This document shows, in pieces, positions 19,127 to 29,758 of a stretch of 56,462 bases of DNA. Position 1 is the stretch's first letter; each line of letters starts with the position of its first letter. This DNA comes from Myxococcota bacterium (GTDB taxonomy: Bacteria > Myxococcota_A > UBA796 > CAJQPC01), in NCBI GenBank assembly GCA_036229005.1, contig JAZAMN010000065.1, forward strand, positions 1-56,462, given 5' to 3'. The position numbers and the translations under genes were made by a program. The notes below the pieces were generated by a model. It had not been told where the DNA came from. It saw only the letters and a program-made list of their open reading frames with translations, and made no database searches.

Positions 19127-20073
19127 GGCTTGCCTGCCGTCGCGACGCGGTTTCTCCCGCCGCGCTTGGCCTGGTACATGGCCTGGTCTGCGCGCTCCAT
19201 CCAGTCGGCGATGCTCTCTCCGGGGAGCCGCTCGGCGACGCCAAAGGAGATGGTGACCTTGAGGCCACCGGCGGTGCGGGCCCAGTCGTGGCCGGCGACG
19301 GAGCGGCGCAGGCGCTCAGCGACCTCGGTGGTGGCGGAGGCCGAGGAGCCGGGGAGGAAGATCGCGAGCTCTTCGCCGCCGTAGCGGACCGCTGCGTCCG
19401 TGTCCCGGATGCCCAGCAGCAGCAGGCGGGAGATGCCGCGGAGGACCTCGTCGCCGACGGCGTGGCCCCAGGTGTCGTTGATGTTCTTGAAGTGATCGAC
19501 GTCGCCGAAGATCATCGAGCAGGGGGCGTTGGCGTCATCACAGCGCTGGACCAGCTCCGGCAGCTCGTCGGCCAGGTAGGTCCGGGTGTGCAGGCCGGTC
19601 AGGGGGTCGTGCCCCGCAGCCTCCAGGCGCTCCAGCACGCGGCGGAGGTGGGCCAGCTCGTCCAGGCCGAGCAGATCCAGGCGCAGGCTGACCGCGCCGA
19701 CCTCCAGATGGTCCCCAGGGCGCAGCAGCGCGCGAGAGACCTGCTGGCCGTTCACTGCGGTGCCGTTGGTGCTCCCCAGGTCCTGGACGGTGACCTCGCC
19801 CTGGTCATCGCACTGCAGGAGGGCGTGGTTCCGCGACACGGATGCGTCGGTGAGGACAAGGCCGGCGGCCTCATCTCGTCCAACGACGATGCGCTCCTCT
19901 GCACCGAGGGACGCGAAACGGAGCATGTCTGGGCCAGCCACGACTCGCACCGTGGGGATCGCTACGCGACGCAGCCGCCGCTCCCGGGGGAGCGAGAGCT
20001 TCATCGTGACTTCGGACATGTCTTCGAAGTCCTCGCCCTTGGGGCGAGTGCTCTGGTCGTCGCGGCCTGCCAT
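19123..20073 (-). CDS. FHA-domain diguanylate cyclase (GGDEF family)
   Basis: FHA motifs GR, SRNHA and STNGT. DPLTGL, DVDHFKNIND..GH..GD, RxxD and RYGGEEL. Confidence 0.93.
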   Translation of the reverse strand: MAGRDDQSTRPKGEDFEDMSEVTMKLSLPRERRLRRVAIPTVRVVAGPDMLRFASLGAEERIVVGRDEAAGLVLTDASVSRNHALLQCDDQGEVTVQDLGSTNGTAVNGQQVSRALLRPGDHLEVGAVSLRLDLLGLDELAHLRRVLERLEAAGHDPLTGLHTRTYLADELPELVQRCDDANAPCSMIFGDVDHFKNINDTWGHAVGDEVLRGISRLLLLGIRDTDAAVRYGGEELAIFLPGSSASATTEVAERLRRSVAGHDWARTAGGLKVTISFGVAERLPGESIADWMERADQAMYQAKRGGRNRVATAGKP

Positions 20074-20136
20074 GGGGCTCTGGTCTGAGTGCCCCTTCAA
20101 CCTACCGCGTTGAAGGGGAGGGGGCCAAGGGGCGGG

Positions 20137-23100
20137 TCAGTCCTCGCGCTCGGTGATGTGGAACTCCACCCGCCGGTTCATCGCCCAGGCCTCCTCGTTG
20201 GAGTGCTTGTCCAGGGGCACGGACTCGCCGTAGCCCTGGGCGGTCAGGCGCTCGGCGTCGACACCCTGGGTGACCAGGTAGTGCTTCACCGACTCCGCCC
20301 GGCGGTGGGAGAGCTCCAGGTTGTAGTCATCCGAGCCGCGCTCGTCCGTGTGTCCCTGTACCTGCACCTGGACGATCTCCGGGTGGTTCAGCAGGGTCGC
20401 CGCCACCTCGTCCAGCAGGGGGTAGGACTCCGCCTTGAGCTGCGCGCTGTCCAGCTCGAAGTAGACCTTGTCCAGGATGAGGATGCGGTCGCCCTTGAGC
20501 TGCACCTTGCCGCCCTGCATGACCACCTCCAGGCTGGCGTTGCCGCCCTCTTCGACGGTCACGGTCTTCTCCAGGTTGGCGTAGCCATCGGCGGAGAGCA
20601 CCACCGCGTGGGTGCCGGGGGGCAGCTTGAGCTGCGTGACACCATCGGGCGAGCCCTCGACCCACTGGGGGGAGTCTCCCAGGACGCGGACGAAGACGGG
20701 GACGGGGAGGCCCTCCTCATTCTTCGCGCTCACCACCACGGTCCCTGGTGCGACGACCTTGTCCAGACGCACCCCGTGCTCATGCGAGGTCCCCTCGGGC
20801 ACCTCCAGGATGAAGCTGGCCTTGCGGAAGCCCTTGGCCTCGGCCGTGACCTGGTATTCGCCGGGGCTCAGGCTGCGCATCATCTCGCCGGAGCCCAGGG
20901 TGAAGCTGCCCGCCTCTGGGCCCGCGACCAGGGTCAACACGGTGTCGGCGATCTGGTTCCCGGCCTGGTCCATGATGCGGATCCGGGTGGGGGTCAGGTT
21001 GCCATCCGGGCAGCCATCGCTGTCGTCGATCCCGTTGAAGTCCTCCGCCTGATCCGGGCAGAGGTCCAGGTCGTCGTTGATGCCGTCACCGTCGCGGTCA
21101 CCGGCGGGCTGGGGGGCCACAGCGTCGTCCAGAGAGGGGGCCCAGGCCACGCCCGCGACCGCCCGGTAGTCGGGAGCGCCGATGCCGGTGGAAAGACCGG
21201 TGCCCGCGCCCAGCGAGAAGACCAGGGGGAGCTGGGTGAGGTGGTAGCGGCCGCTGACCAGGGTCTCCATGGGGGCTGCGCCGGGGGCGCTCTCGCCGAA
21301 GAGCCAGGCTCCGTTGAGCTCCGCGGCCAGGTCCAGGTTGGCGCTCAGGCGGTAGCTGACGCCGGCGCCCCAGTCCAGGTGCGCGCCCCACTCGATGTCG
21401 TCCAGGAACTGCTGCCCGGTGCCCGTGGAGGCACCCAGGTTGGCGGCGACCAGGACGGGGCCCTGCGCGTAGTTGACCAGCACGCCACCACCGCCGGTGG
21501 TGCTGGCCTCACCCAGCCAGGTCTCCTCGTTGCCGGTGGGCAGGTCAAGCCAGGCGCTCGCGCCCACACCCAGCCCGTCTCCGCGGCGCTGGATGAGCTC
21601 TCCGGTGGCCTGGAGGCGGGCGTCACCCACCAGGCGGAAGCCGTCCACGTTGTACCCGGAGGACACCATGTGCAGGGGCAGGTCCAGGCCCACGCGGGCG
21701 CGGGGCAGGTTCATCCAGGCGACCACGTTGGTCGTGGCCACGCTGCCCAGGATCTTCACCTCGTCGCGGCCGTCGTCGTAGCGGTAGATGAAGGGGTCGT
21801 CCGCGTAGTTGAACACCAGGGCGCCGCCTGGGGTCATGGCCGGGCCGACCACGCTGTCGTTGACCGTGAAGAAGCGCTGGCCGTCCGCGGTGGGGCGGAA
21901 GCGCTGGGCGTCCAGGGCCTGCGCGCCGTCCTGGGCCGCAGCGGTCCCGGGGAGCAGCAGACCCAGGCCCAGCAGGCCGGCCTTGCGGCGACGGCGGGCG
22001 AGGGCTGCCAGGCCCATCAGCGCCGCGAGCAGGCCGGGGGAGAAGGGGATGGTGTTGCAGCTTCCGCCGGTGAAACTCCCGCCGGAGAAGGTGCTGGAGG
22101 GCAGCACCGCGGTGTCGTCGGTGTTGCCGTCGCCGCTGTCGCAGAGGCCCTCGTCGAACACCGCGTCATTCCAGTTGGGGACGCCGTCGCAGTCGTCGTC
22201 CTCGTCGCAGGGGCCCTCGTCGCCGTCGTTGATGCCGTCGCCGTCGGTGTCGGGGTTCAGGGGGTCCGACCCGCAGTCCTGCTCGTCTCCGGTGCTCACG
22301 CCGTCGCCGTCGGGATCCTGGTCCAGGCCGTCCTCGTCGTCGTCGTCCTGGTAGTTGGGGATGCCGTCCAGATCGTCGTCCCCGGTGCCCTCGTCTTCAT
22401 CGAGGGTGCCGTCGTCGTCCGAGTCCTCGTCCAGGTAGTCGGGCGTGCCGTCGCCATCGGTGTCCTCGTCGCCCTCCACGGAGTCGTCGATCCCGTCCCC
22501 GTCGCTGTCGGTGTCGCAGAAGTTGGGGATCCCGTCGCCGTCCGTGTCATGCAGGAACTCGTCGGCGTCGGAGATGCCGTCGCCGTCGCTGTCCACGTCG
22601 TCAACGTCGCCAGAGTCGACCTCACACTCGACCTCGAACACGTCCCAGACGCCGTCGCCGTCGGTGTCCAGATCGTCGCTGCCGTCCCGGGGGTCGATCT
22701 CGAAGGTGTCCACGGCGCCGTTGGAGTTCCAATCCTCCGCGCCATCGCTCACCCCGCCGTCGTCGTGGTCGGCCAGGGTCGCGTTGGTCTTGGTGGAGGG
22801 GTCGCTGTCCGCGAACCAGCAGCCCACCGAGGTGTCCGTGTCGGCGTGCGGCGTGGTCTTGCCCCGCTCCAGGCCGTCGGTGAGGCCGTCGCCGTCGGTG
22901 TCACAGCTCAGCGGGTCGGTGCTGTTGTTGTACTCCGCCAGGTCGTCCAGGCCGTCGTCATCGCTGTCGCCGTCGGTGGGGTCGGAGCCGAAGTTGAGCT
23001 CCTCGACATCGGTGAGGCCGTCGCCGTCCTGGTCGATGCCGAAGGCGTCGCTCCAGGCGCCGGTCATGTCGGAGAGCGTGCCGCTGCCGGTTACGTCGGA

Positions 23101-23697
23101 GTCGAAGGTGTTGGCGTTCTCATCGCCAGTCATCACGGCCATGGAGAAGGGCGTGGTCTCGGTCCAGCCGGTGATGCTGGTGAAGTCGGCGATGTCGATC
23201 TGGAGGTCCATGTAGACGTCCGGATCGCTGCCCAGGTTGGTCTCGGCGGTGACCGTGCGGGTCAGCCCGTCGCTGAGCGCGGAGCGGGAGACCGCGGTGT
23301 TGGTGTTGGAGGCCTGGGCGCCCCCACCGCTCGTGGCCTGGCGCATGTCCATGAAGATGCCGGCGTTGTCCACGGAGAGCGCCCAGTCGTAGGTGCTCTC
23401 GTCGGCCCCGTCGTTGAACGCGAACGCCCAACCCCCCAGGCTGTAGAAGCCTGCGCTCTCGGGGTCCTCCTCCAGCCGCATGCGGAAGAACAGGGTGGTC
23501 CCGTCGCTGGCCCAGTAGGCCACCGGGCTGGTCCCCGACACGCCGATCAGGTCGTGCTGTCCGTCGGCGAAGGTGCCGATGTTGTCGGCCTGGGCGTCGA
23601 TCATCACGGCCCCGCTCTGCTCCAGGGGCACCCACTCCGAGTCGGAGGGCCAGGACGCAGCGAAGACGGGACTGATGCTGAGGGCGAGCACGAGCAT
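20137..23697 (-). CDS. Large secreted protein: Ca-binding DxDGDG (TSP3-like) repeats, internal MYXO-CTERM-like segment, OM beta-barrel region, C-terminal OmpA-like domain
   Basis: Many DTDGDG repeats. [23 protein letters not shown]-terminal VYF...GHTD.RG...YN..LS.RRA..V...GYGE..P...NRRVEF. Confidence 0.9.
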   Translation of the reverse strand: MLVLALSISPVFAASWPSDSEWVPLEQSGAVMIDAQADNIGTFADGQHDLIGVSGTSPVAYWASDGTTLFFRMRLEEDPESAGFYSLGGWAFAFNDGADESTYDWALSVDNAGIFMDMRQATSGGGAQASNTNTAVSRSALSDGLTRTVTAETNLGSDPDVYMDLQIDIADFTSITGWTETTPFSMAVMTGDENANTFDSDVTGSGTLSDMTGAWSDAFGIDQDGDGLTDVEELNFGSDPTDGDSDDDGLDDLAEYNNSTDPLSCDTDGDGLTDGLERGKTTPHADTDTSVGCWFADSDPSTKTNATLADHDDGGVSDGAEDWNSNGAVDTFEIDPRDGSDDLDTDGDGVWDVFEVECEVDSGDVDDVDSDGDGISDADEFLHDTDGDGIPNFCDTDSDGDGIDDSVEGDEDTDGDGTPDYLDEDSDDDGTLDEDEGTGDDDLDGIPNYQDDDDEDGLDQDPDGDGVSTGDEQDCGSDPLNPDTDGDGINDGDEGPCDEDDDCDGVPNWNDAVFDEGLCDSGDGNTDDTAVLPSSTFSGGSFTGGSCNTIPFSPGLLAALMGLAALARRRRKAGLLGLGLLLPGTAAAQDGAQALDAQRFRPTADGQRFFTVNDSVVGPAMTPGGALVFNYADDPFIYRYDDGRDEVKILGSVATTNVVAWMNLPRARVGLDLPLHMVSSGYNVDGFRLVGDARLQATGELIQRRGDGLGVGASAWLDLPTGNEETWLGEASTTGGGGVLVNYAQGPVLVAANLGASTGTGQQFLDDIEWGAHLDWGAGVSYRLSANLDLAAELNGAWLFGESAPGAAPMETLVSGRYHLTQLPLVFSLGAGTGLSTGIGAPDYRAVAGVAWAPSLDDAVAPQPAGDRDGDGINDDLDLCPDQAEDFNGIDDSDGCPDGNLTPTRIRIMDQAGNQIADTVLTLVAGPEAGSFTLGSGEMMRSLSPGEYQVTAEAKGFRKASFILEVPEGTSHEHGVRLDKVVAPGTVVVSAKNEEGLPVPVFVRVLGDSPQWVEGSPDGVTQLKLPPGTHAVVLSADGYANLEKTVTVEEGGNASLEVVMQGGKVQLKGDRILILDKVYFELDSAQLKAESYPLLDEVAATLLNHPEIVQVQVQGHTDERGSDDYNLELSHRRAESVKHYLVTQGVDAERLTAQGYGESVPLDKHSNEEAWAMNRRVEFHITERED

Positions 23698-23813
23698 GGG
23701 GAGGGCACCTGTGGCGATGCCTTGCCGTATCCTCTGAGGGTTACGCTTGACAAGTCAACCACACCAGCATCTCAGGGCCGTCTCACGTCGGCCTCCTGGG
23801 TTAGGGGAGGCCC

Positions 23814-24518
23814 ATGTCCAGCGCCATCCGCCCCGCCGCCACCGTCGCCATCCTCCGAGACCACGCCGAGCATGGGCTGCAGGTCTTTCTGGTCAAGCGC
23901 TCGAGCCGAAGCGCATTCATGCCCTCCGCGCACGTGTTCCCCGGGGGGCGGGTGGACCCCGAGGACGCCGAGGTCCAGGTGGAGGGCGGTGAGCGGGACC
24001 GGGTGCGCATGGGGGAGACCTTTGGCGCGCCGGCCCACGCCTACCAGGTGGCGGCCGTCCGGGAGACCCTGGAGGAGGCCCAGCTCCAGCTCCGCGTGGC
24101 CGACCTGGTCTACTTCGCCTGGTGGATCACCCCCCGCGGCGAGCCCCGCCGCTACGACACCCGCTTCTTCCTGGCCGGGGTCGAGGGCGGGGATCACGCC
24201 ATCCACGACGACTTCGAGGTGGTCGACTCCGCCTGGGACGCTCCGAGTGGTTGGCTGGAGGCGTTCGATCAGGGCCGGGTTGTCCTCGCGCCGCCCACCT
24301 GGCGCACGCTGTGGGAGCTCGCAGGGTTCCAGACGGTGAGCCAGGCGCTGGAGCACGCCCGAGAGCTGCACGTCGTCCCCATCGAACCCCGGGGCCGCAA
24401 GACCGACGACGGCTTCGTGGTGCTGCTCCCCGGTGACCCCGAGTACCCCTCGGAGCGGCCCGTCCAGGGGCCCACCCGCCACGAGCTCCGCGCGGGTCGC
24501 TGGTTCATCCACCGCTGA
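23814..24518 (+). CDS. NUDIX hydrolase (NUDT19-like)
   Basis: RPAATV, FPGGRVD, AAVRETLEE, WITP...RRYDTRFF and PPT motifs. Confidence 0.9.
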   Translation: MSSAIRPAATVAILRDHAEHGLQVFLVKRSSRSAFMPSAHVFPGGRVDPEDAEVQVEGGERDRVRMGETFGAPAHAYQVAAVRETLEEAQLQLRVADLVYFAWWITPRGEPRRYDTRFFLAGVEGGDHAIHDDFEVVDSAWDAPSGWLEAFDQGRVVLAPPTWRTLWELAGFQTVSQALEHARELHVVPIEPRGRKTDDGFVVLLPGDPEYPSERPVQGPTRHELRAGRWFIHR

Positions 24519-24589
24519 GGGCTCCACCTCCCCGCTGAGGGCTCCATCTTTTTGCTGAGGGCTCCACCTCCCCGCTGAGGGCTCCACCG
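24514..24589. repeat. Tandem repeat, 4 x 20 bp
   Basis: gctgagggctcca core at 24514, 24534, 24554 and 24574 with variable 7-nt tails. Confidence 0.85.
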
Positions 24590-24625
24590 CTTGCGTGAGG
24601 GGAGGGGAGAAGGCAGGTTGCTTTC

Positions 24626-25930
24626 ATGCTCCTGCTCTTCACCGCTCTGGCCGCTGCAGACCTCCCCACCCCAAGCACCGGACCCGCCGTCGAGGTCGAC
24701 ATTGGCCACTCCGACAGCGTGGTGTGGTTCAAGCTGGAGGCGGGTGCGGGGCGCGTTCCCGGTGTGCGTGGCGGTCGGATCGAGCCGCTGTTCCAGACCC
24801 GGGACCCGAGCTCGGAGCTGTCGCGGTGGTACAGACTGGTGACCTCGCCGGGGGGGGCGATGCCCGTGGTGCGCGTGCTCCAACAGACCCAGGGGGTTGC
24901 GCACGTCGAGCTCGAACCCCTCCCGCTGCCTCCTCCCGCAGACATCGCGCCGACCACCCCGGATCTGAGCGCGGAGCAGGCCTACATGAGCCCCGCGCCC
25001 GAGGGCTTTGGGCTCCAGGAGGCGGCGCGCTGGCCTGGCGGCGATGGTGGCAATGTGGCGGTGGCCGACCTGGAGTACGACTGGGAGTCGGAGCACGAGG
25101 ACCTGGTGCACCTGGGCAGCCTGCGGAGCTGGGGCACGCCCTACCCGGAGTACGCGTACCACGGCACCGGGGTGATGGGGATCCTGGCCGCGGGGGACAA
25201 CGGCTACGGGGTGACGGGCATGGTCCCCGCCGCGGAGATGGTGCTGATCCACCCGGTGACCCCCGAGGGGGCCTACAACGTGGCCCGTGCCATCGAGGCG
25301 AGCCTGGAGCTGCTGCAGGCCGGTGATGTGCTGCTGATCGAGCAGCAGGCCTGGGCGGTGGAGAACTACGCGCCGGTGGAGGTGAGCGCGGCGGTGTTCG
25401 ACGCCATCGTGGCTGCGACGGAGGCCGGCATCGTGGTCATCGAGCCTGCGGGGAACGGCGGGCAGGACCTGGATGGTGCGGACTTTGGCGGTTGGTTCGA
25501 TCGCAGCGCGCGGGACTCGGGGGCGATCCTGGTGGGCGGCGGGGTGCCCCCGGGGGACGGCTTCCTAGACACCCGGAGCTGGTACCCCAGCGGCTCCTGC
25601 TACGGCGAGCGGGTGGACGTGCAGGGGTGGTATGCGGGGATCGCGACGACCATCTCGGCGCCCTACTCGGGGGACCTGTTCAGCGCAGACGATGGGCTGC
25701 AGAGCTACTGGTCGGGCTTTGGTGGGACCAGCGGGGCCTCGCCCCAGGTGACGGCGGTCGCGGCGCGCTTCCAGTCCATCGCCATCGCCCTGCGGGGGGA
25801 GCCCTTCACGCCGGCGGAGCTGCGCGCGTTGATGGTGCAGACCGGCACACCGCAGGCCAACCCGGAGGAGGCCTGGATCGGACCCCAGCCGGATCTGCGC
25901 CGCATGCTGCTGGCCGGTGGGCTCCGCTGA
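24626..25930 (+). CDS. Secreted S8 (subtilisin-like) serine peptidase
   Basis: Triad motifs VADLE, HGTGV and GTSGASP, oxyanion AGNG, short signal peptide. Confidence 0.92.
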   Translation: MLLLFTALAAADLPTPSTGPAVEVDIGHSDSVVWFKLEAGAGRVPGVRGGRIEPLFQTRDPSSELSRWYRLVTSPGGAMPVVRVLQQTQGVAHVELEPLPLPPPADIAPTTPDLSAEQAYMSPAPEGFGLQEAARWPGGDGGNVAVADLEYDWESEHEDLVHLGSLRSWGTPYPEYAYHGTGVMGILAAGDNGYGVTGMVPAAEMVLIHPVTPEGAYNVARAIEASLELLQAGDVLLIEQQAWAVENYAPVEVSAAVFDAIVAATEAGIVVIEPAGNGGQDLDGADFGGWFDRSARDSGAILVGGGVPPGDGFLDTRSWYPSGSCYGERVDVQGWYAGIATTISAPYSGDLFSADDGLQSYWSGFGGTSGASPQVTAVAARFQSIAIALRGEPFTPAELRALMVQTGTPQANPEEAWIGPQPDLRRMLLAGGLR

Positions 25931-25936
25931 GGGCCG

Positions 25937-26464
25937 CTACTCGTCCAGGCGAGGGATGAGCTCGGCGAAGTTGCAGGGGCGGTGGCGGCTGTCCAGCAGG
26001 CTGGCCAGGATGCCGTCCCAGGCGTCCTTGCAGGCGCCCGTGGAGCCGGGGAGCGCGAAGATGTAGGTGGTCCCGGCCAGGGCGGCGGTGGCGCGGGACT
26101 GGAGCGCGGACAGGCCGATGCTGTCGAATGAGATGCGCCGGAAGTGCTCGCCGAAGCCCGGGATCTCCTTGTCGGCCACCTGGGCGACGGATTCCGGGGT
26201 GATGTCCCGGCCGGTGACGCCGGTGCCCCCGGTGCACAGGATGACCTGGACGCCGGGGTCCTGGATCCAGGCGCGGAGCTGGTCCACCAGCAGGGGCTGC
26301 TCGTCGGGGAGGATGCGCCGCTCCGCGAGTTGGTGCCCGGCGTCCTGGAGGCGCTGGATGAGCAGCGCTCCGCTGCGGTCGGTCTCTACGGTGCGGCTGT
26401 CGGAGACGGTCAGCACCGCGATGCGCAGGGGCGTGAAGGCGCGGTCTGGGTCGATTCCGGGCAC
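25937..26464 (-). CDS. moaB: Molybdenum cofactor biosynthesis protein B
   Basis: IAVLTVSD, TGGTG.TGRD.TPE, PGFGE, QSRA, LPGS and RPCNF motifs. GTG start at 26464. Confidence 0.93.
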   Translation of the reverse strand: MPGIDPDRAFTPLRIAVLTVSDSRTVETDRSGALLIQRLQDAGHQLAERRILPDEQPLLVDQLRAWIQDPGVQVILCTGGTGVTGRDITPESVAQVADKEIPGFGEHFRRISFDSIGLSALQSRATAALAGTTYIFALPGSTGACKDAWDGILASLLDSRHRPCNFAELIPRLDE

Positions 26465-26472
26465 TGGGCGGC

Positions 26473-27843
26473 TCAGGGGTGCGCGACGCGCTTGAGCTTG
26501 CCCTTGGTCACCAGGGGCAGGTCCAGGCGCAGCTCGTAGCGGTCGGTCTCGGCGCCGGAGAGGCGGGCGCTCAAGGCGAGCACCTGGGCGTCCGGGAGGT
26601 GCAGCCACACGGTCAGTGGGGTCCCCGGGGCGGGGGCGTCCTGGCCGTAGATGGTCAGGCGCTTGCGGCACAGCTCCGAGTCGTAGTCCCGGGTGAACGC
26701 GTCGTTGCTCTCCCAGTGGACGTGCAGGCCGCGGTCATCGCGCTCGAAGCTGGGATCGGTGGGCGCGTCGAGGGTCTCTTCGGGGGTGGAGGGCTCGTCG
26801 GTGACCAGATCGGCGAAGTCGTCTTCTGACGCGGGCACGGAGAAGCCCAGCGGCGGGGTGTCGTCTTCGTCGACGAGCTGCGCGAAGGCCCTGGCGTCGG
26901 GCTCTTCGGACGCGGAGTCCTGGCTCTCCTCGCCCAGCAAGGCGGCGAACTCGGCCTCCTGTCGGGCCTCCAGGCGGCGCTGAGGGGTCTCGTCCTCTGG
27001 CTCGTCGCTGTCCAGCGCGAAGTCGTCGGGGACGTCCTTGTCGTCGGTGAACTCGGGCGGGCCGGCCAGGGTCGCGATGCGCTCGAAGGCGTCGTCCACG
27101 GCCAGGGTGGCGGGGCCCTCCAGCAGGGTGTCCTCTGTGTCGGATTGCCAGTTGACCGAGTCTTCGGTCCAGTCGTCGTCGTCGCCGTCCAGCGCGATGG
27201 TCTGGAGGGCGGAGTCGTCGTCGCTGTCCAGGAGGGCCTCGAAGTCCGCGGAGCTCACCGCTGGGCCGCCGCCCTCCACCAGCTCCAGGCCACCGAGGTC
27301 CTCGCCGAGGCCATCCAGCCAGTCAGAGCTGTTCTCGGGCAGGGTGTTGGAGGGTGAGCCCAGCCTTTGGGGCAGCCCACCTTGCTCCTCGCCTACCGTC
27401 TCGCGGAGGGCAGCCAACAGGGACTGGCGCTCGCCGTCGTCGACGTCGCGGGTCTCCTCGGACTCGTCGTCCGACTCGAAGCCGTAGGGATCCAGGGTCT
27501 TCTCGCTGCCCATCATGGCGTCCAGGAAGGCGAGCTCAGCCGACTCGTCGCTGGAGAGGCTGTCCAGCCAGCGCTCCCAGCCGTCGCGCTCGGTGGCGGA
27601 GGGGCTGTCGAGGGAGGAGAGGTGGCTCCAGGCGCCGCCTTCTCCAGAGGCCTCCTGCAGCCCGTGGATCGGGACGCTTGGCCCGCCGGGTTCACCCACC
27701 CGGAGCTGGAGCGCGCCCAGGTGATCGGTCGCGCTCTCCACGAGCAGGAAGAGGTGCTCCCCGTCCTGGATCCGCAAGAGGATCGCCTGACAGTCGCCGC
27801 TGGCGCTCTCCAGGATCACCGGCTGGTTGAGATCAAAGGTCAT
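26473..27843 (-). CDS. Hypothetical acidic low-complexity protein with possible C-terminal PilZ-like domain
   Basis: Long Asp/Glu-rich linker. C-terminal F..DY..EL....L.I.....PAPGTPLTV.L.LPD resembles myxobacterial PilZ-like domains. Confidence 0.65.
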   Translation of the reverse strand: MTFDLNQPVILESASGDCQAILLRIQDGEHLFLLVESATDHLGALQLRVGEPGGPSVPIHGLQEASGEGGAWSHLSSLDSPSATERDGWERWLDSLSSDESAELAFLDAMMGSEKTLDPYGFESDDESEETRDVDDGERQSLLAALRETVGEEQGGLPQRLGSPSNTLPENSSDWLDGLGEDLGGLELVEGGGPAVSSADFEALLDSDDDSALQTIALDGDDDDWTEDSVNWQSDTEDTLLEGPATLAVDDAFERIATLAGPPEFTDDKDVPDDFALDSDEPEDETPQRRLEARQEAEFAALLGEESQDSASEEPDARAFAQLVDEDDTPPLGFSVPASEDDFADLVTDEPSTPEETLDAPTDPSFERDDRGLHVHWESNDAFTRDYDSELCRKRLTIYGQDAPAPGTPLTVWLHLPDAQVLALSARLSGAETDRYELRLDLPLVTKGKLKRVAHP

Positions 27844-27898
27844 GGCTTCCGCGCTCGCGTGATTCTGGCACAGATCCGCGCTGGGGGCAGGGCCCGGC

Positions 27899-28636
27899 TC
27901 ACTGCGCCAGCCATCCCTGGATCAGGGCGTCGTCCACGCGAGAGGGGTGGCCGCGCCAGATCACCTGGCCGTCCTGGACCACCGCGAGCGCGGGAATGCC
28001 CGAGACGACGTAGTGGTTCGCCAGCGCACCGCTCTCCACGGCGATGGGGTAGGTCAGCCCGCTCTCGGCCATGAACGCCTGGGTGTTCTCACGGGTGCTG
28101 CTCTTGGACAGGCGGGTCAGCGCGACGATCTCCAGGCCCTGGTCGTGGTAGCGCGCGTAGGTCTGCTGCAGCTTGGGCGCCTCGCGGCGGCAGTGCGGGC
28201 ACCACTGCTCGAAGAAGAGCAGGAAGGTCACGCGGGCGTCTGCGTTGGGCTGACCCTGGAGCCACTCCAGCTCGACCTGGGAGAGGGGGAGCTCGGGCTT
28301 GCCGATGACCGCGAGCTCTCCGGTCAGTCGCTGGGCCTGGCGGGCCTGGGTGCTGTTGGGCCAGGTGTCCTGGATGGCCTGGAAGGCGTCGCGGGCGGCG
28401 ACCATGGCCCCGGACTCGTAGAGCGCCATCGCGGCGTCGTAGGCCACCTGGGCCTCGGCGCTGGACTGGGGGCGGCCGGACTGGGTGCTTCGGGCGTTGC
28501 AGGCCTCGAGCTGGCCCTGGGTCATGGCGAGCTCGGCGTTGGTCTCGGCCAGCTCGGCCTGGAGGGCGGCGTTCTGTTCCAGCGCGCGGTTCAGGCGGGC
28601 GGAGGGGATGCAGCTCAGCAGGAGGGAAAACAGCAC
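27899..28636 (-). CDS. TlpA/redoxin-family lipoprotein with coiled-coil and TPR-like segment
   Basis: WCPHC CxxC, cis-Pro GIP motif, LSC lipobox after GTG 28636. Confidence 0.85.
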   Translation of the reverse strand: MLFSLLLSCIPSARLNRALEQNAALQAELAETNAELAMTQGQLEACNARSTQSGRPQSSAEAQVAYDAAMALYESGAMVAARDAFQAIQDTWPNSTQARQAQRLTGELAVIGKPELPLSQVELEWLQGQPNADARVTFLLFFEQWCPHCRREAPKLQQTYARYHDQGLEIVALTRLSKSSTRENTQAFMAESGLTYPIAVESGALANHYVVSGIPALAVVQDGQVIWRGHPSRVDDALIQGWLAQ

Positions 28637-28708
28637 AGAGGACCTCGCTCGTTGTCTCTGGGGATAACCCCTGGGGCTGGGGTATAGACTCGCCCCACGG
28701 AGAACACG

Positions 28709-29290
28709 ATGGCATCGAGGAGGAGAAAGGCGCAGCGGGCTACCCGGACCGTGCCGGCGCTCACGGAGGCGCTGCTGTCCATGGCGGGAGACCAGGGCGT
28801 CGAGGCGATCTCGGTCGCGGAGCTCTGCCGCGTCGCGGGGGTGCATCGGACGACCTTCTATGGGCACTTCGAGAGCGTGGACGCGTTCGCGGTCGAGGCG
28901 CTGACGGGCCTGGTGGACGAGATGGCGACCGTCGACGTCGCGGAGGAGGACAGCATCGAGGCCATCATGTCCTCGTATTTCGCAGCGCTCACGGAGATGC
29001 TGGGGCTGCTCCGGGATCGCCGGGCGGTGTACCGCGGGCTGTTCGAGGGCCCTGTGGCCCCTGCCTTCCGAGAGGCGCTGCGGACCACGATGGAGGATCG
29101 GATCGGGCTGGCCCTGGTGGCCTTCCATGCGCGGCGGATCCCGGTGCCTGTGGACGACGCGCTGGCGGTGAAGTTCCTCGCCGGGGGGATGGCGGCGGCG
29201 CTGGAGCAGTGGGTGCGGGGAGAGGGCACGGACCTGGAGGCAGGGAGCCAGGAGATCTTCGATCTCTTCCCTGGGTGGTGGCCTGGGTAG
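28709..29290 (+). CDS. TetR/AcrR family transcriptional regulator
   Basis: ISVAELCRVAGVHRTTFYGHF HTH. Confidence 0.9.
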   Translation: MASRRRKAQRATRTVPALTEALLSMAGDQGVEAISVAELCRVAGVHRTTFYGHFESVDAFAVEALTGLVDEMATVDVAEEDSIEAIMSSYFAALTEMLGLLRDRRAVYRGLFEGPVAPAFREALRTTMEDRIGLALVAFHARRIPVPVDDALAVKFLAGGMAAALEQWVRGEGTDLEAGSQEIFDLFPGWWPG

Positions 29291-29318
29291 GCTGCGGCCG
29301 CGCTGGGCCTGGAGCGAC

Positions 29319-29627
29319 TCAGCCGTCCGGGTCGCTGTGGTTCAGGTAGAGCCAGAGGGGCAGCCCCAGGGAGACGCCGACGCACAGGGTGCCCACGACC
29401 GGGAGCCACATGTGTGGGCGGCCGCGGGTGTGGGATGCCCAGGAGGCGGCCGAGACCGCGACGGCCGACACGATCAGGTCCAGGGAGAAGAAGGACGCGA
29501 TGGGGTTGGCGAACATCTGGTCGATGAACAGGCCGAGGTCGGGGCCTTGCTGCTGAAGCCAGGGCACGAACTGCGTGAAGGGGATGAGGACCCCGAGGAT
29601 GCAGAGGGCGAGGTAGACGCGCTTCAT
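29319..29627 (-). CDS. Small membrane protein (DUF2834-like)
   Basis: YL.LC.LG...P, FAN.IASFF..DL.VS and VGVSLGLPLWLY patterns. Confidence 0.8.
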   Translation of the reverse strand: MKRVYLALCILGVLIPFTQFVPWLQQQGPDLGLFIDQMFANPIASFFSLDLIVSAVAVSAASWASHTRGRPHMWLPVVGTLCVGVSLGLPLWLYLNHSDPDG

Positions 29628-29758
29628 GGGGATCTGGTGGACCACCTGTTGTCTCGGTAGGACCTCGCAAGATCCTGTCTTGTGGTAACACTCCGCATAG
29701 GCTGGGGGCGCCGGGAAGCTGCCTTGCCCCTGCAGCTCTACAACCTCGGGGGTGATCC

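Noticed and set aside
20137..20480. OmpA-like domain as the missing ZorB
   Set aside because: It is part of a secreted barrel protein 28 kb away and lacks the N-terminal Asp-bearing TM helix of MotB/ZorB.
20089..24339. Very long opposite-strand ORFs (also 2683-4374 +, 5154-6908 -, 8070-10529 -, 49070-52129 +, 45816-48158 -)
   Set aside because: They are antisense shadows of well-supported genes. Strong GC3 bias depletes stops on the opposite strand, and they show no motifs.
27899..28636. Selenoprotein candidate near selC
   Set aside because: The redox motif is plain CPHC, and I saw no in-frame TGA read-through candidate in the window.
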